NCBI GenBank assembly: GCA_018712545.1 | Contig: DVGV01000036.1 | Coordinates: forward strand, 26,404 to 90,403 | Direction of reading: 5' to 3' | Length of the DNA: 64,000 bases | Origin: Candidatus Coprenecus merdigallinarum | GTDB lineage: Bacteria > Bacteroidota > Bacteroidia > Bacteroidales > UBA932 | In this document: positions 1-8,761 of the stretch, one piece after another | How the letters are laid out: every line of letters begins with the position of its first letter | Position numbering within the stretch: position 1 is the stretch's first letter | Position numbers and translations under genes: made by a program | The notes under the pieces: generated by a model | Told to the model about the DNA's origin: nothing | The model's input: the letters and a program-made list of their open reading frames with translations, nothing else | Databases searched by the model: none

Positions 1-1
1 G

Positions 2-451
2 ATAGTGGTCATGCTGCTGATCATGATAGCCCTGTTCAAGGACATCAAAAAGCCGCTTATCATAGTCTGCTGCCTGCCTCTGGTGGCCATAGGCATAGTC
101 TTCGGCATGCTGGCCGCCGGCATGAGCTTCGGCTTCGTGGCCATGGTCGGCTGCCTGGGCATCATCGGCATGATGATCAAGAACGGCATCGTCCTCATCG
201 ACGAGATAGACCGGCAGCTGAGCCTCGGAGTCGAGCCTTACAAGGCAGTGGTGGACTCAACCCTCTCCCGTCTGCGCCCCGTGATGATGGCCTCGATGAC
301 CACCGTCCTGGGCATGGCGCCCCTGCTCACCGACCCGCTCTTCGGCTCGCTGGCGGTGACCATCATGGGCGGACTGACGGTGGGCACCCTGATTACCCTC
401 GTCTTCCTGCCCGTACTGTACTCATTGTTCTTCAAGATTAAAAAGGCATGA
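2..451 (+). CDS. RND (AcrB/HAE1-type) efflux permease, C-terminal fragment; 5' end lies outside the window
   Basis: The frame is open from the window edge. The hydrophobic tail ..GMAPLLTDPLFGSLAVTIMGGLTVGTLITLVFLPVLY is typical of AcrB-family TM10-12. There is a 4-nt overlap with the following TolC-like gene. Confidence 0.85.
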   Translation: MVVMLLIMIALFKDIKKPLIIVCCLPLVAIGIVFGMLAAGMSFGFVAMVGCLGIIGMMIKNGIVLIDEIDRQLSLGVEPYKAVVDSTLSRLRPVMMASMTTVLGMAPLLTDPLFGSLAVTIMGGLTVGTLITLVFLPVLYSLFFKIKKA

Positions 452-1911
452 CCATGAGACATTTACCCGCATATACCCGGATTCTGGGCCTGATTGCAGC
501 TGCCCTCCTCCTGCTTCCTGCCGCAGCCACGGCCCAGCCGCAGAAACGCTTCCTCACCCTGGAGCAGTGCCGGAGCATTGCCCTGGACAGCAGTGCCGTA
601 CTGCGCAGCGCCAGGCTGATGGAAGAGAAGACCGCACTGGACCGCAAGGCTGTAATCACCAATTTCCTGCCCAAATTCTCCGCCTACGGCCTCTACCTCT
701 GGACCTCCAGTTCATTTGACTACGATTTCAGCGGCGGAGCCCTGCCCATATACAAGAACGTCTACGGCAACCTGGTACCGGACCTGATGAAGGACGCCGC
801 CGGCAACATCGTCTACAACAACGGCATACCCGTCTTCAACCAGTACGCCGTCATTCCTCCGATGACCCTGTCCCTGGATCTTTCCGGCACCTTCCTTGCA
901 GGAGTCACGGTTCAGCAGCCCATATTCATGGGCGGGAAGATCATATCCGGCTACAGGATGGCCGACATAGGCTCCGGGATGGCCGTGCTCAACTCCGAAA
1001 TGAAGGCGGACGAGGTCATCATCTCTGTAGACGAGGCATACTGGCTCTACGTCAAGACGTGCCGGATGCTGGAAGCGGCGGAGAGTTTCAGCTCTACGGT
1101 CGACAGCATGTACTCATTCGTCCAGAACGCGATAGATGTCGGAATGGCCACATCCACCGACCTGCTTAAAGTAGAGGTTCAGCGCAACAACGCGGAGCTG
1201 ATGTATGCAAAAGCCCGCAACGGGAAGAGGCTCTCGATGATGAATCTATGCCATATCCTGGGCCTGCCGCTCACCGCTGAAGTCGAAGTCGACCAGAGCG
1301 GTTTCGACCTGGACAGCACATCCCTGCTGACCGCTGATGAAATCTGGAGCGCTGAAGACTCTGTAGAGAACAGGGCTGACTACCGCCTGCTGGCGAGCCA
1401 GGCGGAGCTCAAGCGCCGCAACGTGGACTTCGTCCGTTCGGATTTCCTTCCCCAGCTCGGGGTGATGGCCGGCTATGGATACTCCTACGGCCTTAAACTG
1501 CAGGAGGAGACGCTGCTCAACAAGGCAGGCTTCTCAATAATGGCAACCCTCCGCATCCCTATTTTCGCCTGGGGCGAAGGATATCTCAAGGTGCAGTCTG
1601 CCAAGAAGGAGCACGAGATGGCTCTGGAGGAACTGCAGCGGCTGGAAGGACTGATGGAACTGGAAATCACCAAGAACAGATATGCCGTCACGGAGGCAGC
1701 GCTCCAGGCGGAAATGACACGCACTGCCCTGAAAAGCGCTGAGGACAACCTGAAAGTATGCCGCGACCAATACGAGCTGGGCATGGAGACACTTGTCAAC
1801 GTGCTGGAGGCGCAGACCCAGTGGTACAAGTGCAGCAGCGACTGGATCAGTGCCGTGACCGAGTACAGACTGAGCTGCAGCAGATACCTGCAGTCCATCG
1901 GCAAATTGTAA
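448..1911 (+). CDS. TolC-family outer-membrane efflux channel
   Basis: 487 aa with a signal peptide (LLLLPAAATAQ) and two coiled alpha/beta repeat halves typical of OEP/TolC. It is translationally coupled to the RND gene. Confidence 0.85.
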   Translation: MTMRHLPAYTRILGLIAAALLLLPAAATAQPQKRFLTLEQCRSIALDSSAVLRSARLMEEKTALDRKAVITNFLPKFSAYGLYLWTSSSFDYDFSGGALPIYKNVYGNLVPDLMKDAAGNIVYNNGIPVFNQYAVIPPMTLSLDLSGTFLAGVTVQQPIFMGGKIISGYRMADIGSGMAVLNSEMKADEVIISVDEAYWLYVKTCRMLEAAESFSSTVDSMYSFVQNAIDVGMATSTDLLKVEVQRNNAELMYAKARNGKRLSMMNLCHILGLPLTAEVEVDQSGFDLDSTSLLTADEIWSAEDSVENRADYRLLASQAELKRRNVDFVRSDFLPQLGVMAGYGYSYGLKLQEETLLNKAGFSIMATLRIPIFAWGEGYLKVQSAKKEHEMALEELQRLEGLMELEITKNRYAVTEAALQAEMTRTALKSAEDNLKVCRDQYELGMETLVNVLEAQTQWYKCSSDWISAVTEYRLSCSRYLQSIGKL

Positions 1912-1984
1912 TGTAACAATTTTGATATTTTGGTAAAATTCGCCATATTTGCATGAATTAACACCTTAAACATCACCTGCAAAT

Positions 1985-2584
1985 ATGATTTGCGACTACA
2001 GACTCAAAGTATTTCATACAGTAGCGGTAAGAGGGTCCTTTACTGCAGCGGCCAAAGAGCTGGGCATCACCCAGCCGGCAGTCAGCAATCACATTTCCGA
2101 GCTCGAGGGTGCTATAGGAGACATCCTGTTCTTCAGGAGCCGCAGAGAAACAGTCCTTACCCCCAAGGGCCGCACGCTTTTCGACTACGCGGAGAAAATC
2201 CTCAACCTCTACCGCTGTGCCGACCGCGAGCTGATGCCTCCCAGACGCGAGGACCGTCGCCAGCTGGTCATCGCCGCAGCTCCGGAGGCCGCCGGTTTCA
2301 TACTGAAGCCACTTATCGAATACTTCACACGGATCTATCCCAGAACCGAGATTTCCGTCCTTGAACGGAGCCGGGAGGAAGCCGCCGCTCTTCTAGGGGA
2401 CAATGAAGCGGGCATCGCCGTCACCGACGCACCAATAGAAGGCATGGACAGCACCGTTTTCGCCACCCTCTCCATAGGCGGCGCATCGCGCCCGATGGGC
2501 ACATGGTACCTCAGCCGGAATTCTGAAACCGAGGACCGTCAGACTGTAGACGAATTCCTCCTATGCTGCCGCACTTTTAAATGA
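1985..2584 (+). CDS. LysR-family transcriptional regulator (unusually short, 199 aa)
   Basis: N-terminal HTH motif FHTVAVRGSFTAAAKELGITQPAVSNHISELE. Only about 135 aa of effector domain follow. ATGA overlap with the next gene. Confidence 0.8.
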   Translation: MICDYRLKVFHTVAVRGSFTAAAKELGITQPAVSNHISELEGAIGDILFFRSRRETVLTPKGRTLFDYAEKILNLYRCADRELMPPRREDRRQLVIAAAPEAAGFILKPLIEYFTRIYPRTEISVLERSREEAAALLGDNEAGIAVTDAPIEGMDSTVFATLSIGGASRPMGTWYLSRNSETEDRQTVDEFLLCCRTFK

Positions 2585-3867
2585 ACAGGCTCCGGAAGAT
2601 AATCCCCGCACTTCTGCTGCTCGCCGCAGCTGCCTCCGTCACAGTACTGACTGTGACGGGAAAGGCCGGACACTCCGATGACGACACACCTCAGGCCCCG
2701 GCTGCCACCTCGTCCTGCAACATCTGTGAAATATCCGATGCCGCCGCCCTTGACTCCTACATCGAGCGCTTCATGAAACGCTGGGAGATCAAGGGCGGAA
2801 GTCTTGCAGTCATGAAGGAAGGACGCCTCGTCTACACCAAAGGCTACGGCTGGGCTGATGAAGAAGCCGGCATCCCCATGTCTCCGGACAACATCATGCG
2901 CATAGCTTCCCTTTCGAAGCTTATTACAGCCACCGCCGTCATGCAGCTGTGCGAGCGGAAGGTACTGTCTCTGGACGACCGCGTGTTCGGAGAAGGCGGA
3001 ATACTGGACTGCCCGCAGTTCCGGGACATCCGTGACAGACGGACCAGGAACATAACCGTAGGCCAGCTTCTCCGGCATCAGGCCGGATTCACGATGCACA
3101 AAGGCGACCCGATGTTCACCACACGCCAGATCATGAAGTGGGAAGGGCTGGACACTGTCCCCGACATGGACCGCATCATAGAATACGCGCTTGGAGAACG
3201 GCTTGGATACACTCCGGGACAAGGTTTCCGCTATTCCAACCTGGGCTATCTCATCCTCACCAAGATAGTCGAGGTATGCAGCGGGATGGACTATGAGGAA
3301 TACTGCCAGGAGAACATTCTCCATCCCGCAGGCTGCTACGGCATGCACATGGCCAGGAACCTGTATGAAGACCGCTATCCTGATGAGGTACGCTATTACG
3401 AGACCCACGACGCGGCTCCCGTACCGGCCTTCGACAACAGCGGTGACACGCTGTGGCGCAGCTACGGGGGCAGCAACATCGAGGGCCTCAGGGGCGCCGG
3501 AGCGTGGGTGGCCTCGCCCTCGGATTTCGTCCGTTTCGTAGCGGCCATTGACGGAGATCCCACGGTGCCTGACGTACTTTTCCCGGAAAGCATCCGCACC
3601 ATGACCGCTGACCCGGATCACGACCGTCCCATCGGATGGGTGCGCGCCGGAGAAGACTCCGACTGGTCCAGGACCGGAACCCTGGCCGGAACATCCGCTC
3701 TCGTCAAGAGACAGACTGACGGCAGCATATGGATGTTCGTGACCAACACCAGTTCCTGGAAAGGCTCCAGGTTCACCCGCGACATCGACCGGATGTACCG
3801 TGCCGCCTCGTCCCTTGTCACCGACTGGTCAGTTCCGGACCTGCAGCCCGCTTACGGAGGCTCCTAA
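2581..3867 (+). CDS. Serine hydrolase, class-C beta-lactamase / PBP-like
   Basis: Signal peptide; SxxK motif (ASLSKL) and YxN motif (FRYSNLGY) in the expected order. Confidence 0.85.
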   Translation: MNRLRKIIPALLLLAAAASVTVLTVTGKAGHSDDDTPQAPAATSSCNICEISDAAALDSYIERFMKRWEIKGGSLAVMKEGRLVYTKGYGWADEEAGIPMSPDNIMRIASLSKLITATAVMQLCERKVLSLDDRVFGEGGILDCPQFRDIRDRRTRNITVGQLLRHQAGFTMHKGDPMFTTRQIMKWEGLDTVPDMDRIIEYALGERLGYTPGQGFRYSNLGYLILTKIVEVCSGMDYEEYCQENILHPAGCYGMHMARNLYEDRYPDEVRYYETHDAAPVPAFDNSGDTLWRSYGGSNIEGLRGAGAWVASPSDFVRFVAAIDGDPTVPDVLFPESIRTMTADPDHDRPIGWVRAGEDSDWSRTGTLAGTSALVKRQTDGSIWMFVTNTSSWKGSRFTRDIDRMYRAASSLVTDWSVPDLQPAYGGS

Positions 3868-3892
3868 GTTTTGTTTTTTAATATAAAAAAGA

Positions 3893-3900
3893 TAACTTTG
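3893..3900 (+). promoter_or_regulatory. Bacteroidota sigma-A -7 box (TAACTTTG)
   Basis: Exact TAnnTTTG match 19 nt upstream of the ATG at 3919. Confidence 0.55.
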
Positions 3901-3918
3901 TGGGATGTATCCAAGAAC

Positions 3919-4800
3919 ATGCACAGAGTAGTACTATTTTTCCTATACGCCCTATCATGGCTCCCGCTGAAGCTGCACTACGCCTTCTCGGGATTTATCG
4001 CGTGGTTCCTGCACAAGGTCCTGCACTACCGCATGCAGACAGTCGTGACCAACATCGCCAGGTCGTTCCCGGAGATGTCCTACAATGAGATCCGGAAAAC
4101 GGCCGCTGACTTCTACCGCAATCTGGCCGATGTCATCGCAGAGTCAGTCTGGTCCATCACCGCATCCACCGGGGAAATAGGCAGTCAGGTGCGCATCACA
4201 GGCCAGGAAGCCCTCAACAAGGCGATGTCTCTCAACCGCAATGCCGTCATCATGGTCGGGCATCTGGGCAACTGGGAAATCTTCACTGGGCTGCCGGATC
4301 TGAGGAGTCACTACGGCATCGACCTGGACAACAAGAATTTCGTCTATGTCTACAAACGTCCCAAAAGCAGGCTCGCAGACAAAATAATAACCCACATAAG
4401 GCTGCACCACGGATCGTGCTCGGTCATCGAGTCGCACAAGATAGTCCGCCACATAGTCCGCCACCGGGAGGGCCGCGATGCATTTTTCTTCATCTGCGAC
4501 CAGAACCCGTACCACAACGAGAGCCGCTTTGTCGCCGACTTCCTCAATCAGAAGACCTACATGATAGAAGGGCCTGAGACCATCGCCGCCAAGATGGAGA
4601 TGCCGGTGCTCTACTGCGGGCTGATAAGGCACGGACGCATGGACAACGAGGCACACTTCGAGCTCATAACCGAGAATGCCGCCGGATGCACAGAGGGATA
4701 CGTGACCTCGGAATTCGCCCGGCTGCTGGAAGAAGATATAAGAAAACACAAAAGTACGTGGCTGTGGAGCCATAGACGATGGAAAAAACGCATTGCATAA
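3919..4800 (+). CDS. Lipid A (Kdo2-lipid IVA) late acyltransferase, LpxL/HtrB family
   Basis: N-terminal membrane anchor followed by the HLGNWE motif. I chose the ATG at 3919 rather than the TTG at 3871, because 3919 lies downstream of the promoter box. Confidence 0.8.
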   Translation: MHRVVLFFLYALSWLPLKLHYAFSGFIAWFLHKVLHYRMQTVVTNIARSFPEMSYNEIRKTAADFYRNLADVIAESVWSITASTGEIGSQVRITGQEALNKAMSLNRNAVIMVGHLGNWEIFTGLPDLRSHYGIDLDNKNFVYVYKRPKSRLADKIITHIRLHHGSCSVIESHKIVRHIVRHREGRDAFFFICDQNPYHNESRFVADFLNQKTYMIEGPETIAAKMEMPVLYCGLIRHGRMDNEAHFELITENAAGCTEGYVTSEFARLLEEDIRKHKSTWLWSHRRWKKRIA

Positions 4801-4801
4801 T

Positions 4802-5926
4802 ATGAAACTGAAACTTTTTACGACACTGACACTTGTCAGCATCCTCACCGCAGGCGCCGCCGCACAGAACATCAACCGGCTTGAGAAAGGACAGACCCCA
4901 CCCGACGGAGTCGTCATATACTCCCTCCCCACGACCGTCATCCGCCTGAGCGTGGAGGCGGTATGCGAGACATACACACCTGGGCCCTACAGCCAGTGGG
5001 CCAAGAAGTACCTGGGCATAGACGTACCCCAGGAAGCAGGTTCGACATACACCCTGAGCAGAATAAGCATGACTCCCTACATAGAGGCTGACCGCAGCTG
5101 CAGCTACATCGTCAACCTGGACGGTCTGCTCGGCGATGCATCTCCCGCATCTTTCTTCGAGTTCTCGTCCCAGGGCCTGCTGGTTCTCTCCGATGAGAAC
5201 AAGGGACGTTCCGACGCATGGAGATTCCCCTCTATAGCCCCGGGCCAGGAGGACCTGGGATCAGGAGCCACATCCAACCTGACATCCACCGAAACCACCC
5301 TCTACCGCACCGTCCGCAATGAAAGCGGCGGATACGACAGGGTCGCCGTCCGCCAGAGCCAGGTAGTAGAGAAGAGCCCCGAGAAGAAGGCCGCCGAGGC
5401 CGCCTCCATGATATTGTCTCTCAGACAGAGCCGGATAGACATCATCACCGGCAACACCGACGCTACTTTCAGCGGAGATGCCCTCCGCGCTGCAATAGAC
5501 GAGATCAGCCGTCTTGAGGAAGAATACATGAGCCTGTTCACCGGCACCAGAGTCACCTCCACCCAGACCAAGAGCTTCGACGTAGTGCCTGAAGCCGGAA
5601 AGGAAGAGGAGCTGACCATCGCGTTCCGCATCTCCGACACCCAGGGACTTCTGCCTTCCGACAACGTTTCGGGCCGGCCCATCGTAATGGAGACCGTACC
5701 GGAGGACAATGAGGATTTCTACACAGAACAGGTCATCGACGAGGCCAAGGCATCCAGGGCCAGGGCCAAATATGAGGCAGCCACCCGCGGAGACATCTAC
5801 TACCGCGTACCCGGCATATGCACGGTACGGGTAATCGACGGACAGGACCTCATACTCGAGAGCAGAGTCCCTGTATATCAGAAAGGACAGGAGCTGTCTT
5901 TCCCCATAAGCGTTATCGTAAAATAA
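4802..5926 (+). CDS. Secreted hypothetical protein (DUF4831-like)
   Basis: ORF with signal peptide MKLKLFTTLTLVSILTAGAAAQ and no catalytic motif I recognise. The ATG at 4802 is preferred over the TTG at 4793. Confidence 0.6.
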   Translation: MKLKLFTTLTLVSILTAGAAAQNINRLEKGQTPPDGVVIYSLPTTVIRLSVEAVCETYTPGPYSQWAKKYLGIDVPQEAGSTYTLSRISMTPYIEADRSCSYIVNLDGLLGDASPASFFEFSSQGLLVLSDENKGRSDAWRFPSIAPGQEDLGSGATSNLTSTETTLYRTVRNESGGYDRVAVRQSQVVEKSPEKKAAEAASMILSLRQSRIDIITGNTDATFSGDALRAAIDEISRLEEEYMSLFTGTRVTSTQTKSFDVVPEAGKEEELTIAFRISDTQGLLPSDNVSGRPIVMETVPEDNEDFYTEQVIDEAKASRARAKYEAATRGDIYYRVPGICTVRVIDGQDLILESRVPVYQKGQELSFPISVIVK

Positions 5927-5957
5927 ACCATAATCAAACTCATAAAACACTGACAGT

Positions 5958-7412
5958 ATGACAATTGACAATCTCGACCCCAAATGCGTATGGAAGAATT
6001 TCCACGCGCTGACACAGATTCCCCGTCCCTCTAAAAAAGAGTGGAGGGCAGTGGATTTCATGGAGAATTTCGGCAGGAGCCTCGGACTGGAGACCATCCG
6101 CGACGAGGTAGGCAACATCATCATCCGCAAGCCCGCCACACCGGGTATGGAGAACCGCAAGGGCGTCATCCTTCAAGGTCACCTCGACATGGTGCCCCAG
6201 AACAACAATGACGTACAGCACGACTGGGAGAAAGATCCCGTGGAGACTTACATCGACGGAGAGTGGGTAAAGGCCAGGGGCACCACTCTCGGTGCCGACA
6301 ACGGACTGGGCTGCGCCGTAGCCATGGCCGTCCTCGAATCCAAGGACCTTGTACACGGACCTGTGGAGGCTCTCTTCACCATCGATGAGGAGACCGGTAT
6401 GACAGGAGCCCAGGCACTCAAAGGCGGTCTGCTCCACGGAGACATCCTGGTCAACCTGGATTCCGAGACCGAGGGCGAACTGTATGTAGGCTGCGCCGGC
6501 GGTCTGGACACCGACGCCGAGTTCAGCTTCAAGCGCGAGAGCATCAGCAAGGACACCGAGCAGTACAGCATCGTCATCAAGGGACTCCGCGGAGGCCACT
6601 CCGGCATGGAGATCAACGAGGGACGCGCCAACTCCAACAAACTGATGGCCCGCATCCTCCTGCCGCTGCTGCGCGACCTCAAGGGTGAGCTGATATCCGT
6701 CGAGGGCGGCAACATGCGCAACGCCATCCCCCGCGAGGCTCAGGCCGTCATCGCCATTCCCAAGAAGAAGGTATCAAAGGCCCTGAAGTGCATCGAGGCC
6801 GCTGCCGCCGACATCAAGCACGAGTACGCACCCATCGACCCCGGCATCGAAATCATCGTCGGGAAGACCAAGGGCGCCAGGAAGATCATCCCCACCGACG
6901 TGGCCCTCAACGTAGTGAAGGCCTTGCTCGCCTGCCCCTGCAACGTAGACCGCATGAGTCTCGTGATGCCCGGTCTCGTGGAGACCTCCAACAACCTGGC
7001 CATCGTCAAGTCAGAAGGCAGGAAAATCTGCGTCAAGACCCTCATGAGAGGCTCCACTGACTCGGCCAAGTATGCCCTGCGCGATGCCATACAGAGTGCC
7101 CTCGAGCTCGGCGGCGCCAAGGTAAGGTTCTCCGGCGGATACTCCGGATGGCAGCCCAACATGGACTCCGACATCCTCAGGACCATGAAGGAGACCTACA
7201 AGGCTCTCTACGGCAAGGAACCCGAGGTCAAGGCCATCCACGCCGGCCTTGAGTGCGGCATCCTCTCGACCAACTACCCGCACTGGGACATGATCTCCTG
7301 CGGCCCGACCCTGATGTCGCCCCATTCTCCCGACGAGCGCCTGCTCATCCCCACCGTGGAGAAATTCTGGAATTTCATCAAGGAAGTGCTCAAGAACATT
7401 CCCGCGAAGTAA
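5958..7412 (+). CDS. pepD: Aminoacyl-histidine (Xaa-His) dipeptidase, M20C
   Basis: N-terminus LDPKCVWKNFHALTQIPRPSKKE, plus GHLDMV and GADNGLG metal-site motifs characteristic of PepD. Confidence 0.9.
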   Translation: MTIDNLDPKCVWKNFHALTQIPRPSKKEWRAVDFMENFGRSLGLETIRDEVGNIIIRKPATPGMENRKGVILQGHLDMVPQNNNDVQHDWEKDPVETYIDGEWVKARGTTLGADNGLGCAVAMAVLESKDLVHGPVEALFTIDEETGMTGAQALKGGLLHGDILVNLDSETEGELYVGCAGGLDTDAEFSFKRESISKDTEQYSIVIKGLRGGHSGMEINEGRANSNKLMARILLPLLRDLKGELISVEGGNMRNAIPREAQAVIAIPKKKVSKALKCIEAAAADIKHEYAPIDPGIEIIVGKTKGARKIIPTDVALNVVKALLACPCNVDRMSLVMPGLVETSNNLAIVKSEGRKICVKTLMRGSTDSAKYALRDAIQSALELGGAKVRFSGGYSGWQPNMDSDILRTMKETYKALYGKEPEVKAIHAGLECGILSTNYPHWDMISCGPTLMSPHSPDERLLIPTVEKFWNFIKEVLKNIPAK

Positions 7413-7413
7413 T

Positions 7414-7444
7414 TTTGGTAATTGACGTATAATTCGTATCTTTG
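7414..7444 (+). promoter_or_regulatory. Bacteroidota sigma-A promoter (-33 TTTG ... -7 TATCTTTG) for rpsF-rpsR-rplI
   Basis: TTTG at 7414-7417 and an exact TAnnTTTG at 7437-7444, separated by 19 nt. Confidence 0.55.
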
Positions 7445-7446
7445 CA

Positions 7447-7471
7447 GCCCTTTCCCACACCGGGGAAGGGC
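7447..7471 (+). terminator. Intrinsic terminator after pepD
   Basis: 10-bp stem GCCCTTTCCC/GGGGAAGGGC with a 5-nt loop, followed by TTTGTTAATTTT. Confidence 0.6.
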
Positions 7472-7501
7472 TTTGTTAATTTTAATTAAATAATAATCAA
7501 G

Positions 7502-7879
7502 ATGTTAAAACAGTACGAAACCGTTTTCATTGCAACTCCCGTTTTATCTGAGGAACAGATAAAGGAAGCGGTAGAAAAGTATCGCGGCTACATCCTCTCC
7601 GAGGGTGGTGAGATCGTGAACGATGAGGACTGGGGCCTGAGAAAGCTGGCCTACCCCATCCAGAAAAAGACAACAGGGTTCTACCACCTGTTCGAGTTCA
7701 AGGCTGACTCGCAGTTCATTGACAAGCTCGAGACACAGTACAGACGCGACGAGCGCATCATCCGTTTCCTCACATTCGTGATGGACAGGGACTCTATCGC
7801 CTACTCAGAGCGCAGGCGCAGCAACAGGAAAGAAAACGCAGCGGCTCCCGCTGCAGAAAATACAGCAAAGGAGGAATAA
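7502..7879 (+). CDS. rpsF: 30S ribosomal protein S6
   Basis: [19 protein letters not shown].. is a canonical S6 N-terminus, and the S6-S18-L9 gene order is conserved. Confidence 0.95.
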   Translation: MLKQYETVFIATPVLSEEQIKEAVEKYRGYILSEGGEIVNDEDWGLRKLAYPIQKKTTGFYHLFEFKADSQFIDKLETQYRRDERIIRFLTFVMDRDSIAYSERRRSNRKENAAAPAAENTAKEE

Positions 7880-7882
7880 GCC

Positions 7883-8149
7883 ATGGCCGTAAACAACGAA
7901 ATCAGATTTCTCAACCCTCCTACAGTAGAGGTGAAGAAGAAAAAATACTGCCGCTTCAAGAAAGCGCACATCAAATATGTGGACTACAAGGACGCTGAGT
8001 TCCTCAAGAGGTTCCTCAACGAGCAGGGCAAGATTCTTCCCCGCCGTCTGACCGGTACCTCCCTGAAGTTCCAGCGCAAGGTCGCTCAGGCAGTTAAACG
8101 TGCAAGGCATCTCGCCCTGCTCCCTTACGTAACAGACTTATTGAAATAA
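7883..8149 (+). CDS. rpsR: 30S ribosomal protein S18
   Basis: [24 protein letters not shown] motif. Confidence 0.95.
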   Translation: MAVNNEIRFLNPPTVEVKKKKYCRFKKAHIKYVDYKDAEFLKRFLNEQGKILPRRLTGTSLKFQRKVAQAVKRARHLALLPYVTDLLK

Positions 8150-8161
8150 GGAGGACAGTGT

Positions 8162-8665
8162 ATGGAAATCATTCTGAAACAGGACGTCGCCAATCTCGGG
8201 CATAAAGACGATATCGTAAAGGTAAAGAACGGCTACGCTGTCAACTACCTCATCCCTCAGGGCATGGCTATCCTCGCCACTGAGTCCGCCAAGAAGGTTC
8301 TCGCCGAGAACATCCGCCAGAGGGCTCACAAGGAGGCCAAGATCCGCGAGGAGGCAAGTGCTCTCGCAGCCAAGATCAACGGCCTGACTGTCAAGGTTGT
8401 GGCCAAGATGAGCTCTAAGGGCAAGATTTTCGGTTCAGTGGGCAACATCCAGATTGCCGAGGCAGTCGCCGCTCTCGGAGTGGAGATTGACCGCCGCAAC
8501 GTAACCATCGCAGGTATGGACAACATCAAGGAGGCCGGTATCTATGACGCCAGCGTGAAGTTCTACAAGGACATCAAGGCTGACTTCAAGGTAGAGGTAG
8601 TCGGAGACGGCACCGAGACAGCAGAGGAGTCCGCTCCCGCTGCCGAGACACCCGCAGCCGAGTAA
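8162..8665 (+). CDS. rplI: 50S ribosomal protein L9
   Basis: MEIILKQDVANLGHKDDIVKVKNGYAVNYLIPQG, with an acidic/Ala-rich C-terminal tail. Confidence 0.95.
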   Translation: MEIILKQDVANLGHKDDIVKVKNGYAVNYLIPQGMAILATESAKKVLAENIRQRAHKEAKIREEASALAAKINGLTVKVVAKMSSKGKIFGSVGNIQIAEAVAALGVEIDRRNVTIAGMDNIKEAGIYDASVKFYKDIKADFKVEVVGDGTETAEESAPAAETPAAE

Positions 8666-8688
8666 CAAACTTCCCGCAAACGCATGAT

Positions 8689-8721
8689 AAAAGGCGGCCC
8701 TTTTCGAAGGAGCCGCCTTTT
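8689..8721. terminator. Bidirectional intrinsic terminator between the convergent rplI and hydrogenase genes
   Basis: AAAAGGCGGC ... GCCGCCTTTT hairpin flanked by A-run/T-run on both sides. Confidence 0.7.
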
Positions 8722-8761
8722 ATTTTGCCTACTATAACCGCCGAACCGCAGCAGGGGAGAA

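Noticed and set aside
7447-7471. The hairpin upstream of rpsF as an S6:S18 autoregulatory leader or attenuator.
   Set aside because: The TATCTTTG -7 box ends at 7444, so the predicted transcription start (about 7450) falls inside the 5' arm of the stem. The hairpin could therefore not form in the rpsF mRNA. It is better explained as the pepD terminator.
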